A stretch of DNA of 64,000 bases from the NCBI GenBank assembly GCA_016211105.1, contig JACQSX010000010.1, forward strand, positions 212,913-276,912, given 5' to 3'. Below, one piece after another: positions 30,408 through 41,175 of the stretch. Origin of the DNA: Acidobacteriota bacterium. GTDB taxonomy: Bacteria; Acidobacteriota; UBA6911; JACQSX01. The position numbers and the translations under genes are program-made. The stretch's first letter is position 1; each line of letters begins with the position of its first letter. Under the pieces are notes generated by a model. The model did not search any database. It saw nothing but the letters and a program-made list of their open reading frames with translations, and was not told the origin of the DNA.

Positions 30408-32715
30408 ATCTCACCCAGGCCGATGGCTGGTCGACCACCTCGTCGATGTCGCGGGCCGCCTGCGGACTCGCAAAAGGTCGGTTCCGTGGCTTCCGCTCGC
30501 CGGGCTGTTTCACGACGTAGGGAAGGGCACCAGTTTCTTCCAAGCTCATCTTCACGGCCAGAAAGCACCGCAGGATCTGAAACGTCACGCGCAACTTGGG
30601 GCAGTGTGGCTGCTCTCTTACTTTCAGGGAAAAATTGGTCAGGAACTGTGCCCGGCGATCGAAGATTTAGCCTTAGCGCATCTTTTTGTGAACAGGCATC
30701 ATGGTCGGTTGGACGACCTCGTGGACACGCTCAACAATGGGGACGCAAAGGATCTCGATCGGTTCAAGCGGCAGCTGGTCTCAATGGACTGCGAGGGTGT
30801 TCGGCGATGGCTCGAAACAGAATTGGGTGAAACGATTCCTCTTCCCGAGCCGACTCAAAACTTGATCGCACTACGTGTCCAGCTACTGAAGGCACTCAAA
30901 ACTGGGAGATCAGACGTTGAAGCGATGGGGCGATTCCAAACAGCGCTCGCCTGCTTCGGCTCTTTGATCGAATCTGACAGAGACTCGGCCGCTGGTTTCT
31001 CTCCAGGAACATTTGAAGTGAAGCAGCAATGCGCCAGCAAGTACATTGCTCAGTTCCGAGCCTCCGGAGATTTTGGATCCGTCGCCGACACTAGTGTTTC
31101 GGCTGCTCGGGAGATGGTGTTTCAAAGCGCGGTCGCACAAGTCCTCGCTCACCCCGCAAACAATGGCCGTCTGTGGAGCCTCACCGTGCCGACGGGCGCA
31201 GGTAAGACACTGGCCGCGGTTGGTTGGGCTGTGGGGCGCCGGGAAGCACGCGTTGCAGCCGGCCTGCCACACTGTCCCATCATCTACGCTCTACCCTTCA
31301 CCAGCATCATTGATCAGAACGCGGCCGTAGTCCGCAAATTATGGTCCGAAGCGAAAATGGATGAAAGTTTGCTGGCCATCCACCATCATCTCTCTGAACT
31401 CGGAGATCTGGCCCAAGCTGGGGAGGAGTCGCTTGCACGAAGCTGGGTCGAGGGCTGGCGTGCCGATATCGTTTGTACCACGTTCGTTCAGGTGGCGAAC
31501 GCACTATTTCACGGCACTTGTGCTGACGCTCGTCGCTTTTCTAATCTTGCCGGTTCCATTCTCATTTTGGACGAGGTGCAGGCCATTCCTGCGGAATTGT
31601 GGCCGGTTTTCCGCGTCGCTTTAAAATCGCTATCTGAGAACTTTGGAACCGATATCCTTCTAGTAACAGCTACGCAGCCAGCGCTCTTCACCGAATCTGA
31701 CAAGACTGAAATCGGTCCACAGGGTTTTCCTCCGGCTATCGGTGCGGCATTCGATCGCTATGATCTGAAAGTGGAGATCGGCGCTTCTCTCAGCACGGAT
31801 GCACTTGAAACGCGCATTCGCGACGAACTACGGGGACACGCAACCAACTCGTGCCTGGTAGTCCTCAATACAGTCCAGGAGTCACTGGACCTCTACAATC
31901 TGCTTTCACAGTCGGACCTATTTCGGCAATACCGGCTGTTTCACCTGTCAACGAATCTCCGTCCCAAAGATCGCCGCCGGATACTTCGCAGAATCTCCGA
32001 GTGCTCACAGCCTCACATGCTTGTTGCAACGCAAGTGGTCGAAGCCGGAGTGGACCTTTCGTTTGACTTGGTTTTCCGGGCACTCGCGCCATTGGACTCG
32101 ATCATCCAGGCCGCCGGACGTTGCAACCGTCACGGCATCGGCCAACGGGGACGCGTCATCGTCGTAAACCCTGCGGGAAACAGTTGCCTCTACATCTATG
32201 GAAAGCTTCACATCGACGTTGCAAGAAGGCTGCTCGGGAAGGTAACCGCCGATTCTGCGGATGATTGGATCGCTGAACCTGATCTGCCGGGGTTAGTTAC
32301 TCAGTATTTCGACACCCTGAATGATGCGATTCAGCGAGATTCCGCAGCAAAGATAATGGAAGCTGTGCATCAATTCCAATTCGCCGCATTACGAGGGGAA
32401 GGGGAAGACAAAGATCGCAAGGACAAATGCATTCAGCTGATCGAGGACCAAGCTGATCGAGTTCCACACTTCATCGAAACAGACGACTCTGACGTGCAGC
32501 TCTGGAAAAACCTACTGATGGCCTTTTCAGTGACAGATCCTCACCGCCGGCGCCGCCAACTCCGGGCTTTGCGCAACGAGGTCGGTCAGCGAATCGTGGA
32601 AGTCCCGCGCAGGTTTGGATTGGGAACACCCGACGACCACTGGCTGGTCCATGTTCCAATTGCATCGTCGAGCGAATGCTACGACCCGGATACTGGCTGG
32701 ATTCGAAAACAATGA
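30382..32715 (+). CDS. cas3: Cas3 with N-terminal HD nuclease and SF2 helicase
   Basis: FHDVGK, PTGAGKT, DEVQ, TAT, QAAGRCNRHG. Confidence 0.95.
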   Translation: MTLAFQQCESHPGRWLVDHLVDVAGRLRTRKRSVPWLPLAGLFHDVGKGTSFFQAHLHGQKAPQDLKRHAQLGAVWLLSYFQGKIGQELCPAIEDLALAHLFVNRHHGRLDDLVDTLNNGDAKDLDRFKRQLVSMDCEGVRRWLETELGETIPLPEPTQNLIALRVQLLKALKTGRSDVEAMGRFQTALACFGSLIESDRDSAAGFSPGTFEVKQQCASKYIAQFRASGDFGSVADTSVSAAREMVFQSAVAQVLAHPANNGRLWSLTVPTGAGKTLAAVGWAVGRREARVAAGLPHCPIIYALPFTSIIDQNAAVVRKLWSEAKMDESLLAIHHHLSELGDLAQAGEESLARSWVEGWRADIVCTTFVQVANALFHGTCADARRFSNLAGSILILDEVQAIPAELWPVFRVALKSLSENFGTDILLVTATQPALFTESDKTEIGPQGFPPAIGAAFDRYDLKVEIGASLSTDALETRIRDELRGHATNSCLVVLNTVQESLDLYNLLSQSDLFRQYRLFHLSTNLRPKDRRRILRRISECSQPHMLVATQVVEAGVDLSFDLVFRALAPLDSIIQAAGRCNRHGIGQRGRVIVVNPAGNSCLYIYGKLHIDVARRLLGKVTADSADDWIAEPDLPGLVTQYFDTLNDAIQRDSAAKIMEAVHQFQFAALRGEGEDKDRKDKCIQLIEDQADRVPHFIETDDSDVQLWKNLLMAFSVTDPHRRRRQLRALRNEVGQRIVEVPRRFGLGTPDDHWLVHVPIASSSECYDPDTGWIRKQ

Positions 32716-33458
32716 GTCTCGCAAGATCAGTTACGACTTTTCAGAACGCTGGCGGTCAAATTGTTCGCTTTACCTTTGCGGCCAGAAAACCTCCATTAGG
32801 TACGACGGTAGTGGTTGCCGAAGCCTTTCGCGCAGCCGTGCTGTCCGCATTGCACGCAACCACGGGAAACAAAGAATCCTTCCTCCTCTCCGGCCATCAC
32901 GAGGATGGCACTCCCGACAAGGAGCACCGCCACGCGTATTACTTACCACAGCCGAGTTATGGCGGGTCCCTCGCGGAAATCCTAATTGTGAGTCCGAGGC
33001 ATCGATTCTCTCCAGACGAATTGGCGGCGATGCAGATTGTGAAACGGTTGCGATGGAATGGCCCAAGCACACGAGTTCATCTGGAACTAGTAGACGGCGA
33101 TGACCACTCCGCAGTTCAGCTTGCAGCCGCGTGGACAAGTCTTACCCCTTACGTACCAGTTCGCCGCTTCTGGGGCACACACGGCAAGCATCACCTCACG
33201 CCGGAACGTCAACTAGCGAAAGAGTTGGAAAACCTGTCGTTCGGTGGATCGATCGTGAGCCTTGTTGTTGAGCCGTGGCAAGAAATCCGCGTGCGAGTTG
33301 CAAATAAGGGCGGTGAACGTGGTTTGACTTTATCGCGGCGAACCGGGTTTCGAGCGGTCTTTCGAACAGCTGAACCAATTTGTGGCCCTATCGCATTGGG
33401 CCATTCATGCCACTTCGGCCTTGGGCAATTCGTGCCGCTGGCCGATACGTCTCGCTGA
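32712..33458 (+). CDS. stand-alone Csb2-derived (type I-G style) Cas6-like RAMP, 248 aa
   Basis: LSGH...HRHAYYLP, WTSLTPYV, GPIALGHSCHFGLGQFVP glycine loop; ATGA-coupled to cas3. Confidence 0.8.
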   Translation: MSLARSVTTFQNAGGQIVRFTFAARKPPLGTTVVVAEAFRAAVLSALHATTGNKESFLLSGHHEDGTPDKEHRHAYYLPQPSYGGSLAEILIVSPRHRFSPDELAAMQIVKRLRWNGPSTRVHLELVDGDDHSAVQLAAAWTSLTPYVPVRRFWGTHGKHHLTPERQLAKELENLSFGGSIVSLVVEPWQEIRVRVANKGGERGLTLSRRTGFRAVFRTAEPICGPIALGHSCHFGLGQFVPLADTSR

Positions 33459-33467
33459 TGTCCCCAC

Positions 33468-33850
33468 ATGATCCCTAGCTTTCGCTACGCAATCGATACA
33501 GCGGCGATACATGGCCCCGTCTTGCCGCCGCTGACCGATACGTTGCTGGTAGCAGACAAGTTCCGCGCGGCGGCGATCGCCATCCACGAGAAGGTGGCCG
33601 ATCGCAACGGGAGGCACCACCCGCGAAACCTGTGCGGCCACGAAGAAAACGGCGATCCCTGCCAGGGACACGAACATGCCTTCTTCTGGCCCACCGACGA
33701 GGACAACGACGGCTTCATCGATCACGTGACCGTTTCCTGTTCCGGCCGCGGGGGACGCGGATTTGAGCAAAGCGAAATCGATGCCTTGCGTCGTCTGCTG
33801 CGCATCAAGTAGCCTGGCGGCCGGCCGGATTTGCTTGTCACGCCGGTGTT
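33468..33850 (+). pseudogene. csb2: Csb2 fragment 1
   Basis: LCGH...HEHAFFWPTDEDNDGFIDHVTV; IK*PGGRPDLLVTP. Confidence 0.75.
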
Positions 33851-33923
33851 AGCCTGACACCCAGTACCAGTGGTCCGAAATCCACGAGCGTTTATGTCGG
33901 CAGTAATATAGAATTGCTGCGAG

Positions 33924-34160
33924 ATGCCGACCGTTCTGCGGGCTCGCTCTTATCGCTTTTTCTTTGCCTCGGCGGATCGAAATGAGCCTCCACATATTCA
34001 CGTGAGGCGCGGAAGGATGGTCGCCAAGTTCTGGTTAGAGCCTGTTGTGCTGGCGCGCGCAGGAGGTTTCAGCCGGCTAGAACTCAACACGATTGCGAAG
34101 CTTGTTGAGGCGCATCGTGATGAATTTCTGGAGAGTTGGAATGAGTTCTTCGGACGTTGA
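33924..34160 (+). CDS. DUF4160 protein (TA-like pair)
   Basis: YRFFF...EPPHIHV...AKFWL. Confidence 0.9.
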   Translation: MPTVLRARSYRFFFASADRNEPPHIHVRRGRMVAKFWLEPVVLARAGGFSRLELNTIAKLVEAHRDEFLESWNEFFGR

Positions 34161-34479
34161 AATTCAAGAAGCGCGGGCTCAAGCGGTCAAGGTAACCGAT
34201 GAAGCCCTGGTCGTTGACCTGGTCGACGGTCGAATAGTAATCGTCCCTCTGGTTTGGTTTCCTCGGCTTTGGCACGGTACGTCAAAAGAGCGGAATCGCT
34301 TTGAAATATTCGGCGATGGAGCGTATATCCACTGGCCGGATCTGGACGAGGATTTAACTGTGGCGAGTCTCCTTACGGGGAGGCAGTCGGGCGAAAGTCC
34401 AAAGTCCCTAAAGAAATGGTTGGCCGCTCGGAAGTCAAAAGTCAGAGAGGTCACGAAGCGCCGGCTGACCGGGCGATGA
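34141..34479 (+). CDS. DUF2442 protein (TA-like pair)
   Basis: LVDGR..VPLVWFPRL...IHWPDLDEDL. Confidence 0.9.
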   Translation: MSSSDVEIQEARAQAVKVTDEALVVDLVDGRIVIVPLVWFPRLWHGTSKERNRFEIFGDGAYIHWPDLDEDLTVASLLTGRQSGESPKSLKKWLAARKSKVREVTKRRLTGR

Positions 34480-34509
34480 GCCCAGCGCCGGTGCGCATGC
34501 TTCGCCTGC

Positions 34510-34647
34510 CACCAACTTATCACTCACCCAGCCCTCAGAGAACCGGTGAATCTCCAAGAGGTGAGAGGTGACGCTAAACCTTACCGGATCCGTCAATTCC
34601 TGCGGCTGGTGGAGCGATATAATCTTAAGCTAGAGGACAAGCAATGA
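34510..34647 (+). pseudogene. C-terminal remnant of HicA-like toxin
   Basis: HPALREPVNLQ..G.AKPY.IRQFLRLVERYNL; no start. Confidence 0.65.
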
Positions 34648-34865
34648 GCGACTATCACATCGACATTTTCGTCAGTGAAGAAGACGGCGGATACATTGCT
34701 GATATCCCAGATTTGGAAGCATGCTCGGCATCCGGGGCAACGCCGCAAGAAGCATTGGCCCAACTTGAGCTTGCCAAGAAGGCCTGGCTCGATGCAGCTC
34801 GCCAGGAAGGCAAGCCAATTCCGCAACCTCGGTACCGGCCACTTATTTACCAAGCCCGAGGCTGA
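34644..34865 (+). CDS. hicB: HicB family antitoxin
   Basis: EDGGYIADIPDL..CSASGATPQEAL...GKPIPQP. Confidence 0.9.
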   Translation: MSDYHIDIFVSEEDGGYIADIPDLEACSASGATPQEALAQLELAKKAWLDAARQEGKPIPQPRYRPLIYQARG

Positions 34866-34889
34866 GTACGCTTGGCGTAGAATACCAAG

Positions 34890-35117
34890 ATGCAATTTGA
34901 GGAACGAGTTACCATTTCGCCAGGGGTTCGAGGAGGAAAACCGTGTATCCGGGGAACCCGGATCACCGTTTATGACATCCTCGAATATCTTGCCGGCGGG
35001 ATGACCGAAGATCAAATCCTGAACGATTTTCCGAGCTTAACGCGAGAAGACATCCGGGCCTCCTTGGCGTTTGCCGCCGTGCGCGAACGCCGTTTGGCCG
35101 CCGGCCCAGTCAAGTGA
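34890..35117 (+). CDS. DUF433 antitoxin
   Basis: GGKPCIRGTRITVYDIL...FPSLTREDI. Confidence 0.92.
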   Translation: MQFEERVTISPGVRGGKPCIRGTRITVYDILEYLAGGMTEDQILNDFPSLTREDIRASLAFAAVRERRLAAGPVK

Positions 35118-35275
35118 GCCTCCTGTTTGATGAGAACCTGAGCCCTCGGCTCGTTAAGATGTTGGAGTCCCTCTTTCCGCACAGCCAACATGTTGAGAGC
35201 GTTGGGCTGAGGGGGCGAAACGGATTTGGTGATCTGGAACTACGCTCGCGAACACCGGCTATCAATCCTCTCGAA
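35114..35275 (+). pseudogene. DUF5615 PIN-like toxin, frameshifted/truncated
   Basis: LLFDENLSPRL; D.VIWNYARE...ILSK in shifted frame. Confidence 0.75.
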
Positions 35276-35285
35276 GGAGTTCAAG

Positions 35286-35645
35286 ATGCCACGAAAACGG
35301 AGAGCGGACTCCTCAAATTGGACAGCAAAGCTGGACGAACAGCAAGTGCAAGAAGCACTGGATGATGCTCTCGTTGATGCCTATGGTGACTACGAGCAGC
35401 ACTCAGGGCTCTTGACGATGATCGAGGAGCAACTGCGATTTCCCTTCCAAGCCAGGGTGTTGGGGGATGTCGTCACTGTGGTCGGCATGGAATGGCCGGA
35501 GGACGATGAGTTCGGGCTCAACTTGGTTTGCGAGCGGAGCGGCCAACGGCATCGGATCGAAGCACGATCGGTCGATCTGCTGCCGCCGCTGCCTGACGGG
35601 CATCTGTACCTCGCTGCGTATTTGGAGTGGAAACGATATCTGTAG
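35286..35645 (+). CDS. CcbP-like 'calcium-binding' family protein
   Basis: VDAYG..EQ......IEEQLRFPFQARVLG...AYLEW. Confidence 0.65.
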   Translation: MPRKRRADSSNWTAKLDEQQVQEALDDALVDAYGDYEQHSGLLTMIEEQLRFPFQARVLGDVVTVVGMEWPEDDEFGLNLVCERSGQRHRIEARSVDLLPPLPDGHLYLAAYLEWKRYL

Positions 35646-35741
35646 CCGCGTAGCCCCCGGAGAGTCCACTGTCAGTGACACAGCCGGCAACACAACAACT
35701 GTTGACTTGGAGTAAAGGTGCCAATCATCTAAAATCAGCAA

Positions 35742-36023
35742 GTGAACCTTCGGTTCTACCTCGATCCGGGAACCGGGCAGCCGCATATTCATCGGCATGG
35801 GGTAGATGAGATCGAGGTGGAAGACGTTCTCGCCCGACCGATGGAAGATCGTCCGGGACGAGAAGGCACACGGGTGGCGGTAGGCCAGAGTCGAGGCGGT
35901 CGCTACCTGCGGGTCATTTATGTACCTGATCCGGTACCGGATTCGGCCTTTGTAATCACGGCCTATGAGCTTGGGCCGAAGGCCATGAAGGCGCTACGGC
36001 GGCGCCAGCGAAGAAAGCCATGA
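35742..36023 (+). CDS. BrnT/DUF4258-like toxin
   Basis: HIHRHGV...EVEDV...GQSRGGRYLRVIY...VITAY. Confidence 0.8.
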   Translation: MNLRFYLDPGTGQPHIHRHGVDEIEVEDVLARPMEDRPGREGTRVAVGQSRGGRYLRVIYVPDPVPDSAFVITAYELGPKAMKALRRRQRRKP

Positions 36024-36220
36024 AGCAAAGTAATTTTCCCCCGGGTTGGGACGAGGAACGCGTTCAACGTGTGCTCGAACACTACGAAAGGCAGTCCGAT
36101 GAAGAGTCTGTGGCCGAAGATGAGGCTGCCTATGAATCGACCACTCACACGACAATGGAAGTGCCGGTCGAACTAGTGGCGGCGGTTCGCGAGTTGATTG
36201 CGAAGCGCCGGGTGGGGTGA
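36020..36220 (+). CDS. small putative antitoxin
   Basis: FPPGWDEERVQRVLEHYE; ATGA-coupled to the toxin. Confidence 0.75.
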   Translation: MKQSNFPPGWDEERVQRVLEHYERQSDEESVAEDEAAYESTTHTTMEVPVELVAAVRELIAKRRVG

Positions 36221-36686
36221 ATTCCTCCGCAGCTTCCCTCCCATCCCTACACGGTCGATGAAGCAAGACTGAAAAAGCTCGTCAAGACCGCAGCCGAGGA
36301 TGCTCGAAAGCTGGACGACGTGAGAGAAGCTCTGCGCCGTGGCGATCTCAAAGCCGCGGCGAAACTGGGTCGCATTTTTCGCCTGACGCCAATCAATTAG
36401 TCGCGGAATGCCAAAAAAACCTGTCACCCGCTTTTCGCCCGCAGTCGAACTAAATCTTTGGTGGCGATCCATGTTTTGGGATTTTTACAGGGTGGAAGGC
36501 AGGACGGTTTGGATCGTTGCCGTCTGGCATAGAGCTCAAGTTCTCCCGGGGCGGCCGAGCCCGATCCGTCCCGGCATCGGCGCCCAGTGCGACTTCGGGC
36601 TCGATCTGTTTCTGCCCGCGAGGACTCATAGGAGCGAAGAAACAGAGAATAAGCGGTGACGGCGGGTAGCCTCGGCACATCCACGT

Positions 36687-37026
36687 GCCCGCTTTCATGC
36701 TTCGCTCGGAACGAAATTGGATTCAGGCCCAGGCGTGACATAAACTAAGCTGTGTCATACAGGGTGACTGCGTGAAAGTTCGGGAGGTGGTTCAGATGCT
36801 GGAAGCAGATGGTTGGCGCCTCGGTTCCGGATCTCCCCGGGTGCGTTGCAACCGGAAAGACTATTGATGTTGCTCTTCAAAGAATCCAGAAGGCGATCAC
36901 GTTGCACCTTGAAGGGATGCGGCAAGATGGAATGAAGCCCCCGCGCCTTCGTGTGGTCACTCCACGCAGAACCTCACAGCACGTTTTTTTCTATGCCACA
37001 GTCGAAGTGGCAGCCTGACCAAGCCC
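36687..37026 (+). pseudogene. hicAB cassette copy 1 with internal deletion fusing the hicA start to hicB
   Basis: Similar to 41407-41953; join at GGCGC microhomology. Confidence 0.8.
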
Positions 37027-37072
37027 TACCGTGTACAAATTCTCGGCTATTGGCGAAAGGGGAAACGAATCT

Positions 37073-37255
37073 ATGAGCGCGAAAATCAGATACACCGATG
37101 AACCTCTGGGAAAACTCGGAATAGTTCCTGATTTTCTACCTCCGCCGGAGGAGCTTGTCTTCCGCGAGGATGCGGTCAAGGTTACCATTGCTTTGAGCAC
37201 GCGCAGCGTCGAATTCTTCAAGCGCGAGGCTGCCAAGTACAACACCTAGTATCAG
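37073..37255 (+). pseudogene. BrnA/CopG-like antitoxin with premature stop
   Basis: DFLPPPEELV...KVTIALS..SVEFFK..A....T*YQ. Confidence 0.7.
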
Positions 37256-37261
37256 CCCGCG

Positions 37262-37875
37262 TCCAGGGACATCAGCACGCCTTCTTCTGGCCAACCGATG
37301 AAGACAACGACGGCTTGATCGATCATGTCACGGTTTACTGTCGTGGCCGATTCGAGACGAGCGAGATCGATGCCCTGCGGCGGTTGCTGCGCATCCGCCA
37401 GCGCGGGGGGCGGCCGGACCTGTTGGTGACTCCGACATTTGTTGGTCGAGAGACGGAGTTCTCGCCATGGCAGACCAAGAGCGGTGAAGAGCCACCGCGC
37501 AGGTTCGTTTCCGCCACGCCCTATTTCTGCCCGGTACATCTATCACACGGCAAAAAGAGCGGCGGGCAAGCCCGATCCATCCGGGCCGAGATCATTAAGG
37601 GCCTAGTGCAGCAAGCAATCGTAACGGACGAATCGGACGTGGAAGCCGTTGAGGAATTGGTTTTCGACTACGCACCGGACGAATTCGCCGTGGTGCGGCA
37701 ACAAGTAGACGCCCGCCAGTTGCGCGAGCCGGTGCCGCCCCGCCAGTATTTCCCGGTGATTGATCCACCGGCAAACTTTCCGCCGCTTCCGCGGCTGAAC
37801 GATTTATCGGACCCGCGCTCCACCAACGTGCTGCTGAAAAACCCGGATGCCGATCCGGGCTAGTCCTGCGGCCTG
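37262..37875 (+). pseudogene. csb2: Csb2 fragment 2
   Basis: HQHAFFWPTDEDNDGLIDHVTV, GGRPDLLVTP, FVSATPYF; no start, stop after DADPG. Confidence 0.8.
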
Positions 37876-38057
37876 GAACGTAGGAAGAAATCAGAGCCGC
37901 GACTGCAAGGGAGTTCCCATGGGCCTGCGGCCCACCAATAGAGATGAAGACGCTATCGGCTAGCCTTGTAGAATCAACTGTTTTCCAGCGGGTCTTCAAC
38001 GGAACGGACCCGCGATCGATCAAGTCACAGAGTGGTCAGATTTGTACGTAGGAGTGT

Positions 38058-38082
38058 CCGCTTGCTTACGCGCGCGGCTCGG
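38058..38082 (+). repeat. REP-like element
   Basis: identical to 63289-63313. Confidence 0.75.
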
Positions 38083-38135
38083 ATTTTTTCCCATGTTCTT
38101 GTCGGTCGAAAGCGAGCGCCAGCCAGAAATTGATA

Positions 38136-38366
38136 TCAGGAAGATGCATCTTCCTCATCCAATATGTCGCCGATCATCTCGTTCGTCAGACCGATGCTAC
38201 CGGGCGCGGATGAAGGAACCAGAGGAAACTCCACCTGCTTCTGGTTCTTGGCGACTCGAATCACCGGACTTGTTCGTAGCGTCACCGTCACCGCCGCCCC
38301 TTCGGGCAACGACGCCGAGCCGTCGAGCACCACAACACCGTTTTGAACTCGTCCTGAAACTTCCAT
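38136..38366 (-). CDS. DUF104-like antitoxin; downstream VapC start (MHLPDINFWLAL, 38149) is cut at the REP
   Basis: GRVQNGVVVL...LPEGAAVTV. Confidence 0.7.
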   Translation of the reverse strand: MEVSGRVQNGVVVLDGSASLPEGAAVTVTLRTSPVIRVAKNQKQVEFPLVPSSAPGSIGLTNEMIGDILDEEDASS

Positions 38367-38430
38367 GCAAGAATTATCGTGCGATTTCGGACCACAGTCA
38401 ACATTTGGGCGAGCGCGAGGGATACGCAGC

Positions 38431-38630
38431 ATGAACGACAGGGAGCCCGACATCAGAGTCCCCGTCGACCTGACCAACCCCGGCCAGTTTTTCGCCTGCT
38501 GCGGCCTACTGGAACTCGCCGACCGCCTCTGGCCCGGCGCGCAGGCGTGGTTTGACCGGAGAGGATTCTGCCTGAGATGTGATGGTAACTTGCGAACTCT
38601 CGTGGCCTGCTTGATTCTTGATCCGCCGCA
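38431..38630 (+). pseudogene. N-terminal fragment of type I-G Cas8 (Cas8u/Cas8c-like)
   Basis: IRVPVDLTNPGQFFACCGLLELADRL..GAQAWF. Confidence 0.7.
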
Positions 38631-38789
38631 ACAGCGGTCGTTCATCTGCGGGACTTTGCCCGTTAAGCCCATCGTGGCGACCCAGGCTTGGAGATTTCTT
38701 TCTCTGTGCAACTGCGCTAAGAAAGCGACGCAAGCCGCAAAATCGGCCAGCAGAGAAAATGAAGCGCTTTTCATTCTGCGTCCTTGTCT

Positions 38790-39109
38790 CTCGCTCAAAT
38801 CCACGCTGCCCTGGCTTACTCCTACGACCATCAGGCCGAAATAGACGCCCAGATCAACCGTCAACTGGCCGAGTTTGATCAGCTTCGAACAGAGTCGTTG
38901 AACTCCCCGGGGCGGCAGAGATTGCGGACACTGGGAAAGCTAGGGTGAGTGCCCGGCTGTACATGGACGTGCACGTTCGCTGGGCCATAACTGACGGCCT
39001 GCGGAGGCGGGGTATCGATGTATTGACCGTTCAAGAGGACGGCGCTCAGCAACTTGATGATCCAGCACTTCTTGATCGCGCCATGGAACTCGGTCCGCGG
39101 CAAAAATAA
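38790..39109 (+). pseudogene. remnant DUF433 C-terminus plus truncated DUF5615 toxin
   Basis: LAQIHAALAY.YDHQAEID; LYMDVHV...LRRRGIDVLTVQED...D..LLDRA. Confidence 0.75.
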
Positions 39110-39204
39110 AACTTCAGGGCCACAAGGCGACGCGATAGGGGACACCTGGCGACAGCGCGCTTAAACCTTTGACTTCAGGCCGGCTGTGCGTCATGATGTT
39201 AGAC

Positions 39205-39453
39205 ATGAAAGCGGCCACAGTGAGGCAGATTCAACATCACTTAAGTGACGTCCTGAAAAAGGTGGAAGATGGCGAGGAGGTATTGATTACGAAACGCGGC
39301 CGAGCAATTGCCAAAATTGTTCCTGCTCGGAATCAACGTGAACCGATTAATTGGCCGGACTTCATCGGACGCTCAAGGCAGATTTGGCCAAACAGGGTTA
39401 AGGGCAAGTCCATCAGCTCCATTATTATTGAAGAGCGCAAAGACCGGGTGTGA
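39205..39453 (+). CDS. Phd/YefM antitoxin
   Basis: LSDVLKKVEDGEEVLITKRGRAIAKIVP. Confidence 0.9.
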   Translation: MKAATVRQIQHHLSDVLKKVEDGEEVLITKRGRAIAKIVPARNQREPINWPDFIGRSRQIWPNRVKGKSISSIIIEERKDRV

Positions 39454-39887
39454 CGGCCTACCTGGATTCGAGCGCGTTGATCAAACTCTACGTCACAGAG
39501 GCGGGATCGATCAAAGTAGCAGAGTACGTAAGAAGCTTAACGAAGCCGCTCCCATTTTCTCACCTTCACGAGATCGAGCTCAAGAACGCACTTCGATTGA
39601 AATACTTTCGGCAAGAGGCGCCCCGCCGCACGGTCGAGGCTTCTATTCGCTTAATTGACAACGATCTGGCGTCTGGGATTTTGGTAAGGCCGAACTTACA
39701 CTGGGTAGATGTGTTTCGCAAAGCGGAGGAATTATCTCAAAGGCATTCCCCGCATATCGGTTGCCGATCTCTTGACCTGTTACATGTCGCATGCGCCGTT
39801 TTGCTCCCTGCAGGGGATTTGCTGACCTTTGATGCTCGTCAAGCAAGTCTGGCCCTTCGTGCCGGTTTAAAAGTACTCTCAGTTTAG
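39450..39887 (+). CDS. vapC: VapC PIN toxin
   Basis: YLDSSALIK...E...RSLDLLHVA...TFDARQ. Confidence 0.92.
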   Translation: MTAYLDSSALIKLYVTEAGSIKVAEYVRSLTKPLPFSHLHEIELKNALRLKYFRQEAPRRTVEASIRLIDNDLASGILVRPNLHWVDVFRKAEELSQRHSPHIGCRSLDLLHVACAVLLPAGDLLTFDARQASLALRAGLKVLSV

Positions 39888-39974
39888 CTCGCCTTTATTT
39901 TGTGTTCGTTGGATTTTAGGGTTTCGCGCCGAAGCTGCAGTGATCGCGCCACCGTCACTGCGGTATCAAATTAC

Positions 39975-40245
39975 TGATGCCTATGGCGAGCATGAGGAGC
40001 ACTCAGGCCTGTTGACGATGATCGAGGATCAATTGCGATTTCCCTTCCACGCCAAAGTGTTGGGGGATGTGGTCACTGTGGTCGGCATGGAATGGCCGGA
40101 GGACGATGAGTTCGGACTCGACTGTGTGTGCGAGCGGAATGGCCAGCGGCATCGGGTGGAAGCACGTTCGGTCGATCTGATCCGGCCGCTGCCTGAGGGT
40201 CATCTGTATCTCGCCGCATATTTGGAGTGGAAACGACATCTGTAG
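39975..40245 (+). pseudogene. 5'-truncated second copy of the CcbP-like gene
   Basis: Similar to about 35375-35645; about 66 nt of downstream DNA also shared. Confidence 0.75.
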
Positions 40246-40499
40246 CCGCGTATCCCCCAGAGGTCCACTGTCAGTGACACAGTTGGCAACACAACCACTG
40301 TTGACTTGGAGGCTCTGGTCCAGGCGGTTGGAATTGCGAATGGCGCAAGCAATCCAAGAGGGCGCGCGTTCGAGTCCCTCAGGCGGGACGAGATCTTCAA
40401 AATCCTGCGTAAGCCTTTTGGAAATTTCCACCTGCAAGCCACGCCGCAGTCAAATGTGTTAGCCTATCCGTCACGGGGGAATAATGAAACAGCAGCTTT

Positions 40500-40778
40500 G
40501 TGTCGAACTCATCGCTGATTCCGAACAAGGAGGTTTTACTGCGCGCAATCGGGGAAAAAGGCCAGGTCGTGGTTCCGAAAGACATTCGCGATCATCTGCA
40601 TTTAAAGCCCGGGAGCACCGTTGTGTTTGAGGTGCGTGGGGACGGGGTGATCCTGAGGCCGGAAAAAACCGGCAAAGAGTTTGTCGATCAGTTCTGCACC
40701 ACCCGGCGCAAGCTGCGCAAGCCGGTCAGCATAAAGCAGATCAAGAAGACGATTGAAGAGCAGCATGGTGTACGTTGA
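40500..40778 (+). CDS. AbrB/MazE antitoxin (start uncertain)
   Basis: KGQVVVPKDIRDHLHLKPG. Confidence 0.85.
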   Translation: MSNSSLIPNKEVLLRAIGEKGQVVVPKDIRDHLHLKPGSTVVFEVRGDGVILRPEKTGKEFVDQFCTTRRKLRKPVSIKQIKKTIEEQHGVR

Positions 40779-41175
40779 CTCTAACATCTTCATCTTCGCT
40801 CTTCTGGCCGACGACAAGAACTCCGAACGCTGCAAATCGATCTTGACTCGAATCGCAAACGGCGAGCTAACGGCTTTTACCTCGACACTGACCTGGGACG
40901 AGATCGTTTGGTGCGCCCAAAGGTATTTGGGTCTAGACGACGCGCTGCAGGCGGGCAAGAGGTTTCTCGATTTTCCTTTTCTAAGTGTTCTTGACGCCAC
41001 TGAGCCGGTCCTGCGCCGGGCACAGGACGTGATGGAGCAGTACGGCCTCAAGCCGAGAGATGCCATCCACGTTGCGACGGCTCTCGCCAGAGGAATCGGA
41101 GAGATCCTCAGTGAAGATAACGATCTCGACATCGTAAAAGAGCTGAAACGAACCAGCCTGCGGCGTTACTCTTAA
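40765..41175 (+). CDS. vapC: VapC PIN toxin
   Basis: YVDSNIFI...DE...PRDAIHVATA...SEDND. Confidence 0.92.
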   Translation: MVYVDSNIFIFALLADDKNSERCKSILTRIANGELTAFTSTLTWDEIVWCAQRYLGLDDALQAGKRFLDFPFLSVLDATEPVLRRAQDVMEQYGLKPRDAIHVATALARGIGEILSEDNDLDIVKELKRTSLRRYS

